A DNA stretch of 64,000 nt from a virus, in IMG/VR virus record IMGVR_UViG_3300010165_000001, positions 32,001 through 96,000 of that record; one strand, given 5' to 3'. The position numbers and the translations under genes are program-made. Below, piece after piece: positions 1-7,801 of this stretch (position 1 is the first letter of the stretch; each line of letters starts with the position of its first letter). A model generated the notes under the pieces. That model made no database searches. It worked only from the letters and a program-made list of their open reading frames with translations, and was not told the DNA's origin.

Positions 1-19
1 TCCTACTTGTCTTTTTTAC
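1..19 (-). repeat. 19-bp exact direct repeat (copy 1; copy 2 at 1336..1354)
   Basis: tcctacttgtcttttttac occurs at 1..19 and 1336..1354. In copy 2 it encodes the C-terminal ..KKDK-stop of the 97-aa ORF. Copy 1 touches the window edge and may extend further. Confidence 0.9.
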
Positions 20-29
20 GTTTTGATAT

Positions 30-45
30 TTCTTTATTCATACTT
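30..45 (-). repeat. 16-bp exact direct repeat (copy 2 at 120..135)
   Basis: ttctttattcatactt occurs at 30..45 and 120..135. The minus sense is AAGTATGAATAAAGAA. It is related to GACAAGTAGGAAT motifs at 1333..1346 and 7602..7614. Confidence 0.9.
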
Positions 46-173
46 ATGATTTTTACTCTTACAGAGACACTACAGAGTGGTCTCCTTGGACTTCATTTCA
101 TTTTAGGATTAATCCTACCTTCTTTATTCATACTTGTCTAAAACAAGCTCCTATTATCTCTCTGATTAAACAT

Positions 174-203
174 AAAAAAAACTACCCAACTTAATGAGTA
201 GTT
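174..203 (-). terminator. rho-independent terminator after 209..1114
   Basis: Minus-strand hairpin AACTACTC-ATTAAGTT-GGGTAGTT (8 bp including one G-U pair), followed by a T-run. Confidence 0.6.
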
Positions 204-208
204 AACAT

Positions 209-1114
209 TTATGGTATAAGTAAATCTAGTTCTTCTATTGTTTCATATACTAATGGTTCTTCATCGAGTATTTCATATCCATTATTATCGTATGCTCGAA
301 TAGTAATTTTATTGTAATTTTCATGAGGTTTAATAATAGTAATCGCATCCTTACTTTCAATTGCTACAAAATTAACTTTATCATCCTTGCAATCAATTGA
401 ATAAGTAAAATAACATGAGTCTAAATGTTTTATAACCTCTTCGATTACATCATCTACTAAAGCATTTTCACTTATAACAGAATTTAGTTCTTCAATACTA
501 CCAATTTCTACTGATTTTACGTACCCTACTAAGTTTGATAAATACAACTTACCTTTATTCTCGAAAAATTCTAAGTCTCTTCCAGGAAATTTTACACTAA
601 TTTTATCACCTGTATCATCAAAAGCATAGCCTGTATCAACTAAATAATTGAAAACCTTAACTAGCTTATCCTCTTTTAAAATACTACCAATCTCTTTTTG
701 TACATTCCTACTTAGGAAAGTTTCTAATTCTTGAGAAGTCATTTCAAAATTTAGGTCTCCGATAAATAAAACGAAGTCTTTTTCTGAACCTTTATTTATA
801 ACAATCTCTTTACTATCTAACTTGATATATACTTGGAAATCTCCTGATAAATATTCAAGGTCAAAATCTAGTTCATACTTGTCTAAAAGTGATTCTAGTT
901 CTACTAGATTCTCATTCTTAATTTGCTTAATAATATTATTTAAAGCAATTTTTTCACCTTCAATATCAAATAATACTGCATCTATACTTGTGACTTTTGA
1001 ACCTATATATTCCTTTACGTTTTTTTTAAGTTTCTCGTCACCTTCTATTCTTTCTGTAAGTAAATCATCTAATAATTCTAGTACCTTTGTTTGGTATCTT
1101 GTTTTATTTGTCAT
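209..1114 (-). CDS. hypothetical acidic protein (301 aa)
   Basis: Long ORF with AGGAGG 8 nt upstream of the ATG. Last gene before the terminator. No motif recognised. Confidence 0.75.
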   Translation of the reverse strand: MTNKTRYQTKVLELLDDLLTERIEGDEKLKKNVKEYIGSKVTSIDAVLFDIEGEKIALNNIIKQIKNENLVELESLLDKYELDFDLEYLSGDFQVYIKLDSKEIVINKGSEKDFVLFIGDLNFEMTSQELETFLSRNVQKEIGSILKEDKLVKVFNYLVDTGYAFDDTGDKISVKFPGRDLEFFENKGKLYLSNLVGYVKSVEIGSIEELNSVISENALVDDVIEEVIKHLDSCYFTYSIDCKDDKVNFVAIESKDAITIIKPHENYNKITIRAYDNNGYEILDEEPLVYETIEELDLLIP

Positions 1115-1134
1115 TATAAATTCCTCCTAATTTT

Positions 1135-1317
1135 TTAATAGTAATAATATACTGGTGTTGTCCATACTTGGTATGAATGATATACAACACACAGTGAAAA
1201 TGCTAATAACATTAATTGAAACCAAAGTTGTTCTTTATCTCCAACTTGATAACATTCCCATACATTTCTTAATAAGTATACTGAAGCCATGATACTAATA
1301 ATCATTGCAAATCCCAT
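1135..1317 (-). CDS. small membrane protein (60 aa)
   Basis: Two hydrophobic segments and a C-terminal YYYY. RBS GGAGTG upstream. Confidence 0.6.
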   Translation of the reverse strand: MGFAMIISIMASVYLLRNVWECYQVGDKEQLWFQLMLLAFSLCVVYHSYQVWTTPVYYYY

Positions 1318-1337
1318 AGTCTTTTCACTCCTTATTC

Positions 1338-1631
1338 CTACTTGTCTTTTTTACCGAATCTCTCTTGTGCTAATTTAGACATTTGCTCTCTCGTCTCTTT
1401 CTTAACAGGTTTTCTAAAGCTAATTAAGTCCTCTTCTAATTTTACTCTAATATATGTTGGTGTACCATTTTCATATTGTTCTACAACCTCTGCTTGAGGG
1501 TATTGTTTTAGTATTTTTGTGATGTGTTTCCTAGTTGAACTCTCGATAATCCAACATCCATTTAGTGCATCCCATACACAAACTGTTTCCATCTCTTCTT
1601 TAGGTACACCTGTTTCTGTTATTTTAACCAT
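1338..1631 (-). CDS. hypothetical protein (97 aa)
   Basis: AGGAGGA RBS 7 nt upstream. The C-terminal KKDK tail is encoded by the 19-bp repeat. Confidence 0.7.
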   Translation of the reverse strand: MVKITETGVPKEEMETVCVWDALNGCWIIESSTRKHITKILKQYPQAEVVEQYENGTPTYIRVKLEEDLISFRKPVKKETREQMSKLAQERFGKKDK

Positions 1632-1646
1632 TTAATTTTCCTCCTA

Positions 1647-2018
1647 TCATCCTTTAATATTACTAATTAATTCTTTGATAGCTACATACTCAGGTGCGAA
1701 TATTCCTATAATGTTAAAACCAATCAATAAAAGTCCTACACATGCTAATATTGCTATAATTAACCAACCTGAAATAGCTATTGTTGTGCTTGAGTCTAAT
1801 ACGTATACGTCTGAGTCATTTAAGGAACTTTTCTCCCCTAACTTATCAATAGTTCGGTCTGCATACTTAAATACAAAAGGAATAATAGCTAAACATATTA
1901 AACCTATTAGGGTATACACTATACTAGAAGCCCAAACCCCTTGTACATATGTTTCAAATCCTTGGCTACTTATGTCTTTCAAATACTTTCCTACTTCATT
2001 AATCATTTTATCATCCAT
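1647..2018 (-). CDS. two-TM membrane protein, paralog of 3227..3631
   Basis: AGGAGGAG RBS. Two TM helices. The C-terminal motif APEYVAIKELISNIK matches VPEIYAIKEILYQIK in the 134-aa ORF. Confidence 0.75.
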   Translation of the reverse strand: MDDKMINEVGKYLKDISSQGFETYVQGVWASSIVYTLIGLICLAIIPFVFKYADRTIDKLGEKSSLNDSDVYVLDSSTTIAISGWLIIAILACVGLLLIGFNIIGIFAPEYVAIKELISNIKG

Positions 2019-2238
2019 TTAATTCTCCTCCTATATAGTTAATACTTCTAATTGAATCTACCATTATTATAGTATAACCTTCTATGTTATGCAAGTCATT
2101 TTTAACTTTATCTACGTTTTTATTCAATGAAACAAATATAATTTTTCTCGTATCATCGATGTAAATATCCATACCATCTTCATTATTTGTTAAAATCGTA
2201 TTTTCTTTTTTATTCAACAGGTTCACCACTTTCCTCAT
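2011..2238 (-). CDS. hypothetical protein (75 aa)
   Basis: ORF overlaps the upstream gene by 29 nt. Weak RBS AGAAAGG. Confidence 0.5.
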   Translation of the reverse strand: MRKVVNLLNKKENTILTNNEDGMDIYIDDTRKIIFVSLNKNVDKVKNDLHNIEGYTIIMVDSIRSINYIGGELNG

Positions 2239-2629
2239 AATAACCTTTCTCTTGAAACTTTCTTTCTTTTTCTCTATTTTCTTCTACCTGACGATTTACG
2301 CCCTCTTTCCATCTCTCGTATTCACCTTCTTCGTAACCATAACTTCCTCCACTAAATTCTATTAACTCTTCTTCAGCTTCCTCTGCGTGAGGGTCTACCC
2401 ATTCATCTTCAGATGTATCAACAGTAGCTCCATTTTCTTCATAAGGTACTTCTTCTAGTTTCTCCTGTCCACCTTCTTCTTCCCACCAAGGTACGTTAGG
2501 GTCATCTTTCTTTGTTTCTACTTGTGTTTTTTCTTTTGTTGGTTCCTCTTTACTTACTTGTTCTTCATTTCCACATGCTCCTAGTAACAATACACTACCT
2601 ATAACTAAACTTCCTAATAATTTTTTCAT
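2210..2629 (-). CDS. secreted acidic lipoprotein (139 aa)
   Basis: Signal peptide MKKLLGSLVIGSVLLLGAC with lipobox L-G-A-C. Very E/D-rich mature part. AAGGAG RBS and its own consensus promoter. Confidence 0.8.
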   Translation of the reverse strand: MKKLLGSLVIGSVLLLGACGNEEQVSKEEPTKEKTQVETKKDDPNVPWWEEEGGQEKLEEVPYEENGATVDTSEDEWVDPHAEEAEEELIEFSGGSYGYEEGEYERWKEGVNRQVEENREKERKFQEKGYYEESGEPVE

Positions 2630-2661
2630 TTAAATCGTCTCCTTTTATTTGGTATATACTT

Positions 2662-2690
2662 AGTATAAATGATTTCTATAAGATTGTCAA
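2662..2690 (-). promoter_or_regulatory. sigma-A type promoter
   Basis: Minus strand TTGACA (2690..2685), 17 nt, TATACT (2667..2662). Confidence 0.75.
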
Positions 2691-2692
2691 TA

Positions 2693-2797
2693 CTATTTTT
2701 TAAATAAATCTACTAAAGAATAAATACTACTTACAATGATAGTTAATAACACTAATAATACTACGAAGCCTGAGAATATACTTCCAATTGTAATCAT
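2693..2797 (-). CDS. 34-aa hydrophobic peptide (below ORF-track cutoff)
   Basis: GGAGGTG, 5 nt, ATG. Sequence MITIGSIFSGFVVLLVLLTIIVSSIYSLVDLFKK. Own promoter about 25 nt upstream. Confidence 0.45.
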   Translation of the reverse strand: MITIGSIFSGFVVLLVLLTIIVSSIYSLVDLFKK

Positions 2798-2827
2798 TCT
2801 AACACCTCCTAATTGATTATATATTAA

Positions 2828-2856
2828 ATATAACATACCCGCTTCATAGCTGTCAA
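2828..2856 (-). promoter_or_regulatory. sigma-A type promoter
   Basis: TTGACA (2856..2851), 17 nt, TTATAT (2833..2828). Confidence 0.65.
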
Positions 2857-2882
2857 GAATAGAAGCAGGTATTTCATTTCAC

Positions 2883-3215
2883 TTATTCTTCTGTATGTTC
2901 TTCATTTAAGCTTAACACTGTTCTTTTATTCAAATTAGTTGTATTTCTATCATAGTAGCCTTTAAGGTTTTTAATCTTAGTGTTATTCTCAAGTATAACT
3001 TTATTAACACTATAAGATTTATTATCCATGAAATTGTACATATCTATTAACTCATATATTTTTTCATATATTTTTGCCTGTTCAAGCATTAATTTTTTTC
3101 TGTAACTACTTAATTCATTTGTTTCTTCTTCTAGTTCTTGTATCTTATCTTTAAACGGTTCGTTATTCAATAGTTCAGTAATATACTCTTTATCAATTTT
3201 AATTTCTTCATTCAT
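2883..3215 (-). CDS. hypothetical coiled-coil protein (110 aa)
   Basis: AGGAGAG RBS. Heptad-like K/E-rich sequence. Confidence 0.7.
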   Translation of the reverse strand: MNEEIKIDKEYITELLNNEPFKDKIQELEEETNELSSYRKKLMLEQAKIYEKIYELIDMYNFMDNKSYSVNKVILENNTKIKNLKGYYDRNTTNLNKRTVLSLNEEHTEE

Positions 3216-3226
3216 AATTATCTCTC

Positions 3227-3631
3227 CTATTTAATTTGATATAATATTTCTTTTATAGCATAGATTTCTGGTACGCTTAGTCTCATAACCCCAGAGTATA
3301 CTAAGAATATAGATGATATAATCCCAATAGCAGATACCCCAAATAATAACACTACGATAATTATTCCAGAATCTGTAAACTCAATATCTTCAAAATAATC
3401 AATTTCAAAAACACTATTGTCTCTATCTGTTCTTTTAACTTTACTGTATTGTTTTTTGATAAATAATACAGTAAAAAATACAAATAGTAAAATCAAGAAA
3501 GCTCCTACAAGCTGACAAATACCTGTAATAATTTCATATTTAATCAATGAATCCCAAGCATGTGTACCTAACCCATTTAACTTCTCACTCAATACGTCTA
3601 CTCTATCTAATACCTTATCTTCTAGTTTCAT
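3227..3631 (-). CDS. two-TM membrane protein, paralog of 1647..2018
   Basis: TGGAGGA RBS. ATGA overlap with the upstream HNH-like gene. Shares topology and C-terminal motif with the 123-aa ORF. Confidence 0.75.
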   Translation of the reverse strand: MKLEDKVLDRVDVLSEKLNGLGTHAWDSLIKYEIITGICQLVGAFLILLFVFFTVLFIKKQYSKVKRTDRDNSVFEIDYFEDIEFTDSGIIIVVLLFGVSAIGIISSIFLVYSGVMRLSVPEIYAIKEILYQIK

Positions 3632-4245
3632 TTGTTTCCTCCAATTTTAATTTTTTTAATATCTAGATTAAACTCTACCATTCCTTTATCTTCTAAACCA
3701 AAGATTTGGAAAGTATTATTATCTTTATACAATACAAACTTATCTTTAACAACTTTCATATCCATATCTTCATCAAACATTGATTGAATATACTTAAGAA
3801 CTGTGTTGTGTCCTGTAAGTTCTTTTAAGTAACTCTCTACGTCTTTACGTGTTAGGTAAGAATTATTCAATTTATAAATTCTAGTTCTAACTGTTCCTGC
3901 ACCAATAAACATATTGTCTACATGACAGTTCGTTCTATCTCCGTCTTTAAAACATACATTACCTGTTCTAATATCTCCACGTGACTGACTAATCAATTCT
4001 GGAAATGTACTTGCGATTAAGTGTGCTCTTGAGTATGATGTTTTCTTAGGATGTAGGAAATATACAATTTCATGAGCAGTGTGCTTAGGATGATACTTTC
4101 GTGTCATAGTCCCTTTAATCAATTTCTTAGTTTTTCTATTACGAATCATTCCATTTATATTCGCTTCAAATAAACTATTTTGTGGGATAACCCTCCAGCC
4201 TGTTTCAGGTTGGATTGAGCTATCTAAATGTTCTCTTGTCTTCAT
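3628..4245 (-). CDS. NUMOD4/HNH_3-like homing-endonuclease homolog, probably degenerate
   Basis: GWRVIP...NGMIRN is NUMOD4-like and AHLIASTF is similar to VHRLVAEAF. VCFKDGDRTNCHVDNM aligns to VxHxDGNKxNNxxxNL with the first His replaced by Phe. Start moved to the second ATG, 9 nt from AGGAGG. Confidence 0.55.
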   Translation of the reverse strand: MKTREHLDSSIQPETGWRVIPQNSLFEANINGMIRNRKTKKLIKGTMTRKYHPKHTAHEIVYFLHPKKTSYSRAHLIASTFPELISQSRGDIRTGNVCFKDGDRTNCHVDNMFIGAGTVRTRIYKLNNSYLTRKDVESYLKELTGHNTVLKYIQSMFDEDMDMKVVKDKFVLYKDNNTFQIFGLEDKGMVEFNLDIKKIKIGGNK

Positions 4246-4274
4246 AATCATTCTCCTCCTATAAATCTATCGTT

Positions 4275-4778
4275 TTACTCCCAAAATCCCCATTCATTAT
4301 TTTCTTTTTCTTTTACAATATAATTATAACTTACTTCATCTAACCCATCATCAAGAAATTCTTTTAATCTTTTCTTACGATTAATTAAAACATGTAAGTT
4401 TCCATTATTAGCCATTTGTGTATCTTGATAATTATTTATATACTCACTATCCCAATCCCAATCAACAAAGTATTCTTCTTTTGAATCATAATATGCAACT
4501 TCTATACTTGTTATATCTTCATGTTGCATCAATCTTTGAGAACAACTAAGAATTTCTTTATCATCTTCGTTAAACATTCCTAATGTTTTAATTATTTCTG
4601 GTTTAATAATTTCTAAATATATACTATTAGCAGTTTGTATCTTATCAATAGCATTGATTGCTGTTCGTCTTACGCTCATATCTACATCTTCAATAATTAT
4701 GTTTCCTAAATGCTTAGTTGGAATCTTTATATATTCACAGTTTTCTAAAACTAGCACTATTTCTTTTACTTTTGTCAT
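4275..4778 (-). CDS. hypothetical protein (167 aa)
   Basis: AGGAGGAAA RBS. No motif recognised. Confidence 0.7.
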   Translation of the reverse strand: MTKVKEIVLVLENCEYIKIPTKHLGNIIIEDVDMSVRRTAINAIDKIQTANSIYLEIIKPEIIKTLGMFNEDDKEILSCSQRLMQHEDITSIEVAYYDSKEEYFVDWDWDSEYINNYQDTQMANNGNLHVLINRKKRLKEFLDDGLDEVSYNYIVKEKENNEWGFWE

Positions 4779-5095
4779 AATGTTTTTCCTCCTAATTGTA
4801 GATTGTGATAATTATATATGTCCTTTGTTACGCTCTTAATAAAATATTTAATAGCAAAGTCTTCATTACCTTCTTTAACTCTATCATAACTAAACTCTGG
4901 TGTTACAAAGATAACAAATCCTCCTAAATCTATCCCATTATCAAACACATCAAATGTAATCATTTCTCCATCAAAAGTTTTAATTCTAAATTCCTTATCT
5001 GTACCTAAATTTTTAGGGAAGTGCATTTTCCCTTGTTCATATAACCACTCTACAGCAATTCCAAATAGTCTTTCTACATTTTCTTTACTTAACAT
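4775..5095 (-). CDS. hypothetical protein (106 aa)
   Basis: The track start at 5137 lies inside the promoter spacer. The ATG at 5095 (MLSKEN..) follows AAGGGA and the predicted transcription start. Confidence 0.6.
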   Translation of the reverse strand: MLSKENVERLFGIAVEWLYEQGKMHFPKNLGTDKEFRIKTFDGEMITFDVFDNGIDLGGFVIFVTPEFSYDRVKEGNEDFAIKYFIKSVTKDIYNYHNLQLGGKTL

Positions 5096-5127
5096 ATTAA
5101 TCATTCCCTTTCTTAATTTGTACATTA

Positions 5128-5156
5128 AGTATAACATGGTAAGAAAGAAGAGTCAA
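5128..5156 (-). promoter_or_regulatory. sigma-A type promoter
   Basis: TTGACT (5156..5151), 17 nt, TATACT (5133..5128). Confidence 0.65.
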
Positions 5157-5161
5157 TAGTT

Positions 5162-5362
5162 TTATCGAGTAATTTTAAATTGTTTTGTCTTTAAGTCTAC
5201 CTTAAATCTGTAACCTCTAAATTTAAAGGCTCGTTTAAGATACTTAACGTCCTCTTTCGTTAACTCCAGCTCTAAAAACCCTACAGAACGATATAGAGAA
5301 CCATTGTCTCTAAAATCTTCCGTCTCTTTTAGCATAAAATTATCTAGTTTATCTTTATCCAT
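5162..5362 (-). CDS. hypothetical basic protein (66 aa)
   Basis: AAGGAGG lies 7 nt before the ATG at 5362 (MDKDKL..). The track start at 5398 has no RBS. Confidence 0.6.
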   Translation of the reverse strand: MDKDKLDNFMLKETEDFRDNGSLYRSVGFLELELTKEDVKYLKRAFKFRGYRFKVDLKTKQFKITR

Positions 5363-5363
5363 A

Positions 5364-6461
5364 CTAAACCTCCTTAAATGGTAATGTTTTTGAGTCATCT
5401 AGTTCTACTTTACCTGTAGTGTTATTGTATACCATATCAGGTACTTCTTTATGTTTAAAAGGTAGAATATTTTTACTCTCTTCTAGAATATCTTTAATAT
5501 TGCGAAGTAAAAGCTCATACTTTCCAAAAGAACCATGTCTTGTGTCTAAATCATTCTTATTATAACTATATTGTTTATGGAATGGTTTAACTTCAAAGTA
5601 ATACGTATTGAATTCATTAAGGTATTCAAACTTCATTGTATAGTCCTCTTCCACAACTAAAGAATCCATATCTAAATTAAATCCATTAATACGTACATTC
5701 ATCATACTTCTGAAAGCATCTGTAAAGTTAGATAAATCATAAAGTAGCTTACTTTCAATCTCTTCTAATGCAGGGTTAATCTCAGCTAAGCTATTAACTC
5801 TTTTATAATAACTATCAAAATATTCTTCATTTATAACATAAGAATGTATACCTCTAGAAAATATGTCAGATTTAATAAGCCTATTTCCATGGTAAATCTT
5901 TACTTCTTCCTTTGGGTCAAACATTCTAGTAAAATCTTGAATGGTTATAGGTATATGGTTATACTCTAAAAGTAACTTATTATCTTCTTCACCTACAATT
6001 AAATCTTTAAAGTTATTTTTAATATCTAAGAATAAATTAAAATCTTCTTTATATGTTTTAATTTGTTTTAACATCTCTCTAACATCTTTAAGTACCTCTG
6101 CCTTTAATATCCATTTACCTACGTCCCTAGACATATGTCCACTTGAATAATTACTATCATCTTTTAAGTGTCTAAATTCCACAAAAAAAGTATCCTTTAT
6201 TGCAGAATCTTGTATAGATACTTCTAACTTGTAACCTAAATAACTAAATGCAAAGTATTCTGTTTCGTTAGTTATATATTCAACACCTTCTTCATTTAAA
6301 CATTTCTTTATAATTTCAGAAATGGTTGATTTACTTAGTTTTTCTTCTTTTTTAACTACTTCTTCCTTTATATCTTCCCCTTCATTATAGACAGACCAAA
6401 CAACACCAACTATTAAAACTAAACAAAATAATACACAAATTCCTATTGTAATCCAAACCAT
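5364..6461 (-). CDS. N-terminally membrane-anchored protein (365 aa)
   Basis: AAGGAGGAAA RBS. N-terminal TM segment WITIGICVLFCLVLIVGVVW. Confidence 0.75.
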   Translation of the reverse strand: MVWITIGICVLFCLVLIVGVVWSVYNEGEDIKEEVVKKEEKLSKSTISEIIKKCLNEEGVEYITNETEYFAFSYLGYKLEVSIQDSAIKDTFFVEFRHLKDDSNYSSGHMSRDVGKWILKAEVLKDVREMLKQIKTYKEDFNLFLDIKNNFKDLIVGEEDNKLLLEYNHIPITIQDFTRMFDPKEEVKIYHGNRLIKSDIFSRGIHSYVINEEYFDSYYKRVNSLAEINPALEEIESKLLYDLSNFTDAFRSMMNVRINGFNLDMDSLVVEEDYTMKFEYLNEFNTYYFEVKPFHKQYSYNKNDLDTRHGSFGKYELLLRNIKDILEESKNILPFKHKEVPDMVYNNTTGKVELDDSKTLPFKEV

Positions 6462-6474
6462 AATTATTTCCTCC

Positions 6475-6717
6475 TTATACTAACCCTAAATATTTTAACA
6501 TTTTATTTGCTTCTACTTCATTCAGTTCTTCTAAGTACAGATACACACTTAGAAATCTATTCTGTAATCTAAACTTATAATAAGGATTCTTAGTCCTTAG
6601 TATAAATGTTACCATCTGTGATAACGTTGCTCTGATATAAGGTATCTTATCTTCCTTTGTTCTTAAAATCTTTTTACTATCTTTCATTATAAATTTATAT
6701 CGTTCTCTTTCTGTCAT
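6475..6717 (-). CDS. hypothetical protein (80 aa)
   Basis: AAGGAG RBS 8 nt upstream. Immediately downstream of the tRNA. Confidence 0.65.
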   Translation of the reverse strand: MTERERYKFIMKDSKKILRTKEDKIPYIRATLSQMVTFILRTKNPYYKFRLQNRFLSVYLYLEELNEVEANKMLKYLGLV

Positions 6718-6741
6718 ATAAGTACTCCTTTTTATTATTAG

Positions 6742-6818
6742 TGCCCTGTATAGGATTTGAACCTATACAATCACATGGTTTAGGAGACCATGGCTCTATC
6801 CTATTGAGCTAACAGGGC
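6742..6818 (-). tRNA. tRNA-Arg (anticodon CCU), 77 nt, no encoded CCA
   Basis: Hand-folded cloverleaf. Acceptor GCCCTGT/ACAGGGC. D arm GCTC-AATAGGATA-GAGC. Anticodon arm ATGGT-CTCCTAA-ACCAT. T arm ATAGG-TTCAAAT-CCTAT. Unusual 8-nt variable region GTGATTGT. Confidence 0.8.
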
Positions 6819-6846
6819 ATGTAGGTAGCTCTCACTACCTATTAAA

Positions 6847-7236
6847 TTATTTATAACTCTGTGAGTCTATTTTGTTAATATATTCTTGAATATCTTTATC
6901 TAAATCTTTAGTCATCTTATTTAATTGCTTAGCTAATTTTTTCTCACTGTGACCTTTTTTAATAATACTTCCTTTAGTTACAGGTTCTGGGTCTACATAC
7001 AAACCTTTAGCTCTTTGTGTATTTAATTCAAATTGTTCCTTACGTTCTTGTTCTTCTAAATACACAATAGATAGTGTATTAACTAATGTTGTTCCTAGTG
7101 TCGTAACTTTATTTATCGTGTGTTGATGTTTTGTGACTTTACCTTTCGTGAACACAATACTATTGTATAAATCTAACCCACTTAATACTAAATTACTAAT
7201 CTTTAATGCTCTAATTTTCTTTTTTCTGTTTAACAT
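6847..7236 (-). CDS. hypothetical protein (129 aa)
   Basis: AAAGGAGAG RBS. Own promoter upstream. Confidence 0.7.
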   Translation of the reverse strand: MLNRKKKIRALKISNLVLSGLDLYNSIVFTKGKVTKHQHTINKVTTLGTTLVNTLSIVYLEEQERKEQFELNTQRAKGLYVDPEPVTKGSIIKKGHSEKKLAKQLNKMTKDLDKDIQEYINKIDSQSYK

Positions 7237-7266
7237 AATATCTCTCCTTTAATTATTTATGTACTT

Positions 7267-7296
7267 ATCTTACCACACTTCATTATTGCTTGTCAA
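7267..7296 (-). promoter_or_regulatory. sigma-A type promoter (extended -10)
   Basis: TTGACA (7296..7291), 18 nt, TGg-TAAGAT. Confidence 0.55.
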
Positions 7297-7299
7297 TAC

Positions 7300-7566
7300 T
7301 TAGATTAATAAATTTAAAACTATTAGTAATAACATACCTATAAGACTTGCAATACTCAAACCTTTAATGTAAGTTGTCATTCCTATATAGTATAGAATTA
7401 ATACACCCAAACCTATCAAAATAGACACATCAAAAGTAATAACTAACTTAATTAATTCTAACAAGAATACAAGTAAGAATAAATTTATTGGTACAATCCC
7501 ATACTTAAAGCCTTGTACTATTAGAATAATAAATAATATCATAGATATAAAACTAAAAACTTCCAT
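7300..7566 (-). CDS. polytopic small membrane protein (88 aa)
   Basis: Almost entirely hydrophobic (3 TM-like segments). AAGGAGG RBS. Perfect consensus promoter upstream. Confidence 0.7.
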   Translation of the reverse strand: MEVFSFISMILFIILIVQGFKYGIVPINLFLLVFLLELIKLVITFDVSILIGLGVLILYYIGMTTYIKGLSIASLIGMLLLIVLNLLI

Positions 7567-7587
7567 TACCTAACCTCCTTAAATACA

Positions 7588-7616
7588 ATTATACAGACTT
7601 CATTCCTACTTGTCAA
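7588..7616 (-). promoter_or_regulatory. perfect consensus sigma-A promoter
   Basis: TTGACA (7616..7611), 17 nt, TATAAT (7593..7588). Confidence 0.85.
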
Positions 7617-7626
7617 CACTAAACTT

Positions 7627-7652
7627 AAAAAAATAAGGGAAATTAATCCCTT
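7627..7652 (-). terminator. rho-independent terminator
   Basis: AAGGGA-TTAATT-TCCCTT, then ATTTTTTT. Sits 10 nt upstream of the next -35. Confidence 0.6.
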
Positions 7653-7801
7653 AAATTAATGTAGTTATACTTCCTATGAAAGTAAGCTTGCCATTCTTCT
7701 TTTTTCATATTCTTAAAAGGACTTTCCACTTTTACTTCTCTCTTCTTGTGTACTGCTGTTTGTCTACTTTCTTCTTTAAGTAAATCTCTAAGATTCTTCA
7801 T
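7643..7801 (-). CDS. candidate 52-aa basic protein (below cutoff)
   Basis: ATG overlaps the end of 7788..8009 in another frame and the stop lies inside the terminator hairpin. RBS is weak. Confidence 0.3.
   Translation of the reverse strand: MKNLRDLLKEESRQTAVHKKREVKVESPFKNMKKEEWQAYFHRKYNYINLRD

Noticed and set aside
1-138. Two 12-codon mini-ORFs, both starting MNKE (MNKEISKRKKDK and MNKEGRINPKMK).
   Set aside because: Neither has an RBS at functional spacing. They are a by-product of the 16-bp and 19-bp repeats lying downstream of a terminator.
5096-5137. Longer N-terminal extensions given by the ORF track (for example starts at 5137, 5398, 14167, 18057, 44672, 45046 and 50134).
   Set aside because: These starts lack an RBS or lie inside or upstream of predicted promoter elements. 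Internal ATGs with a GGAGG-type RBS were preferred.
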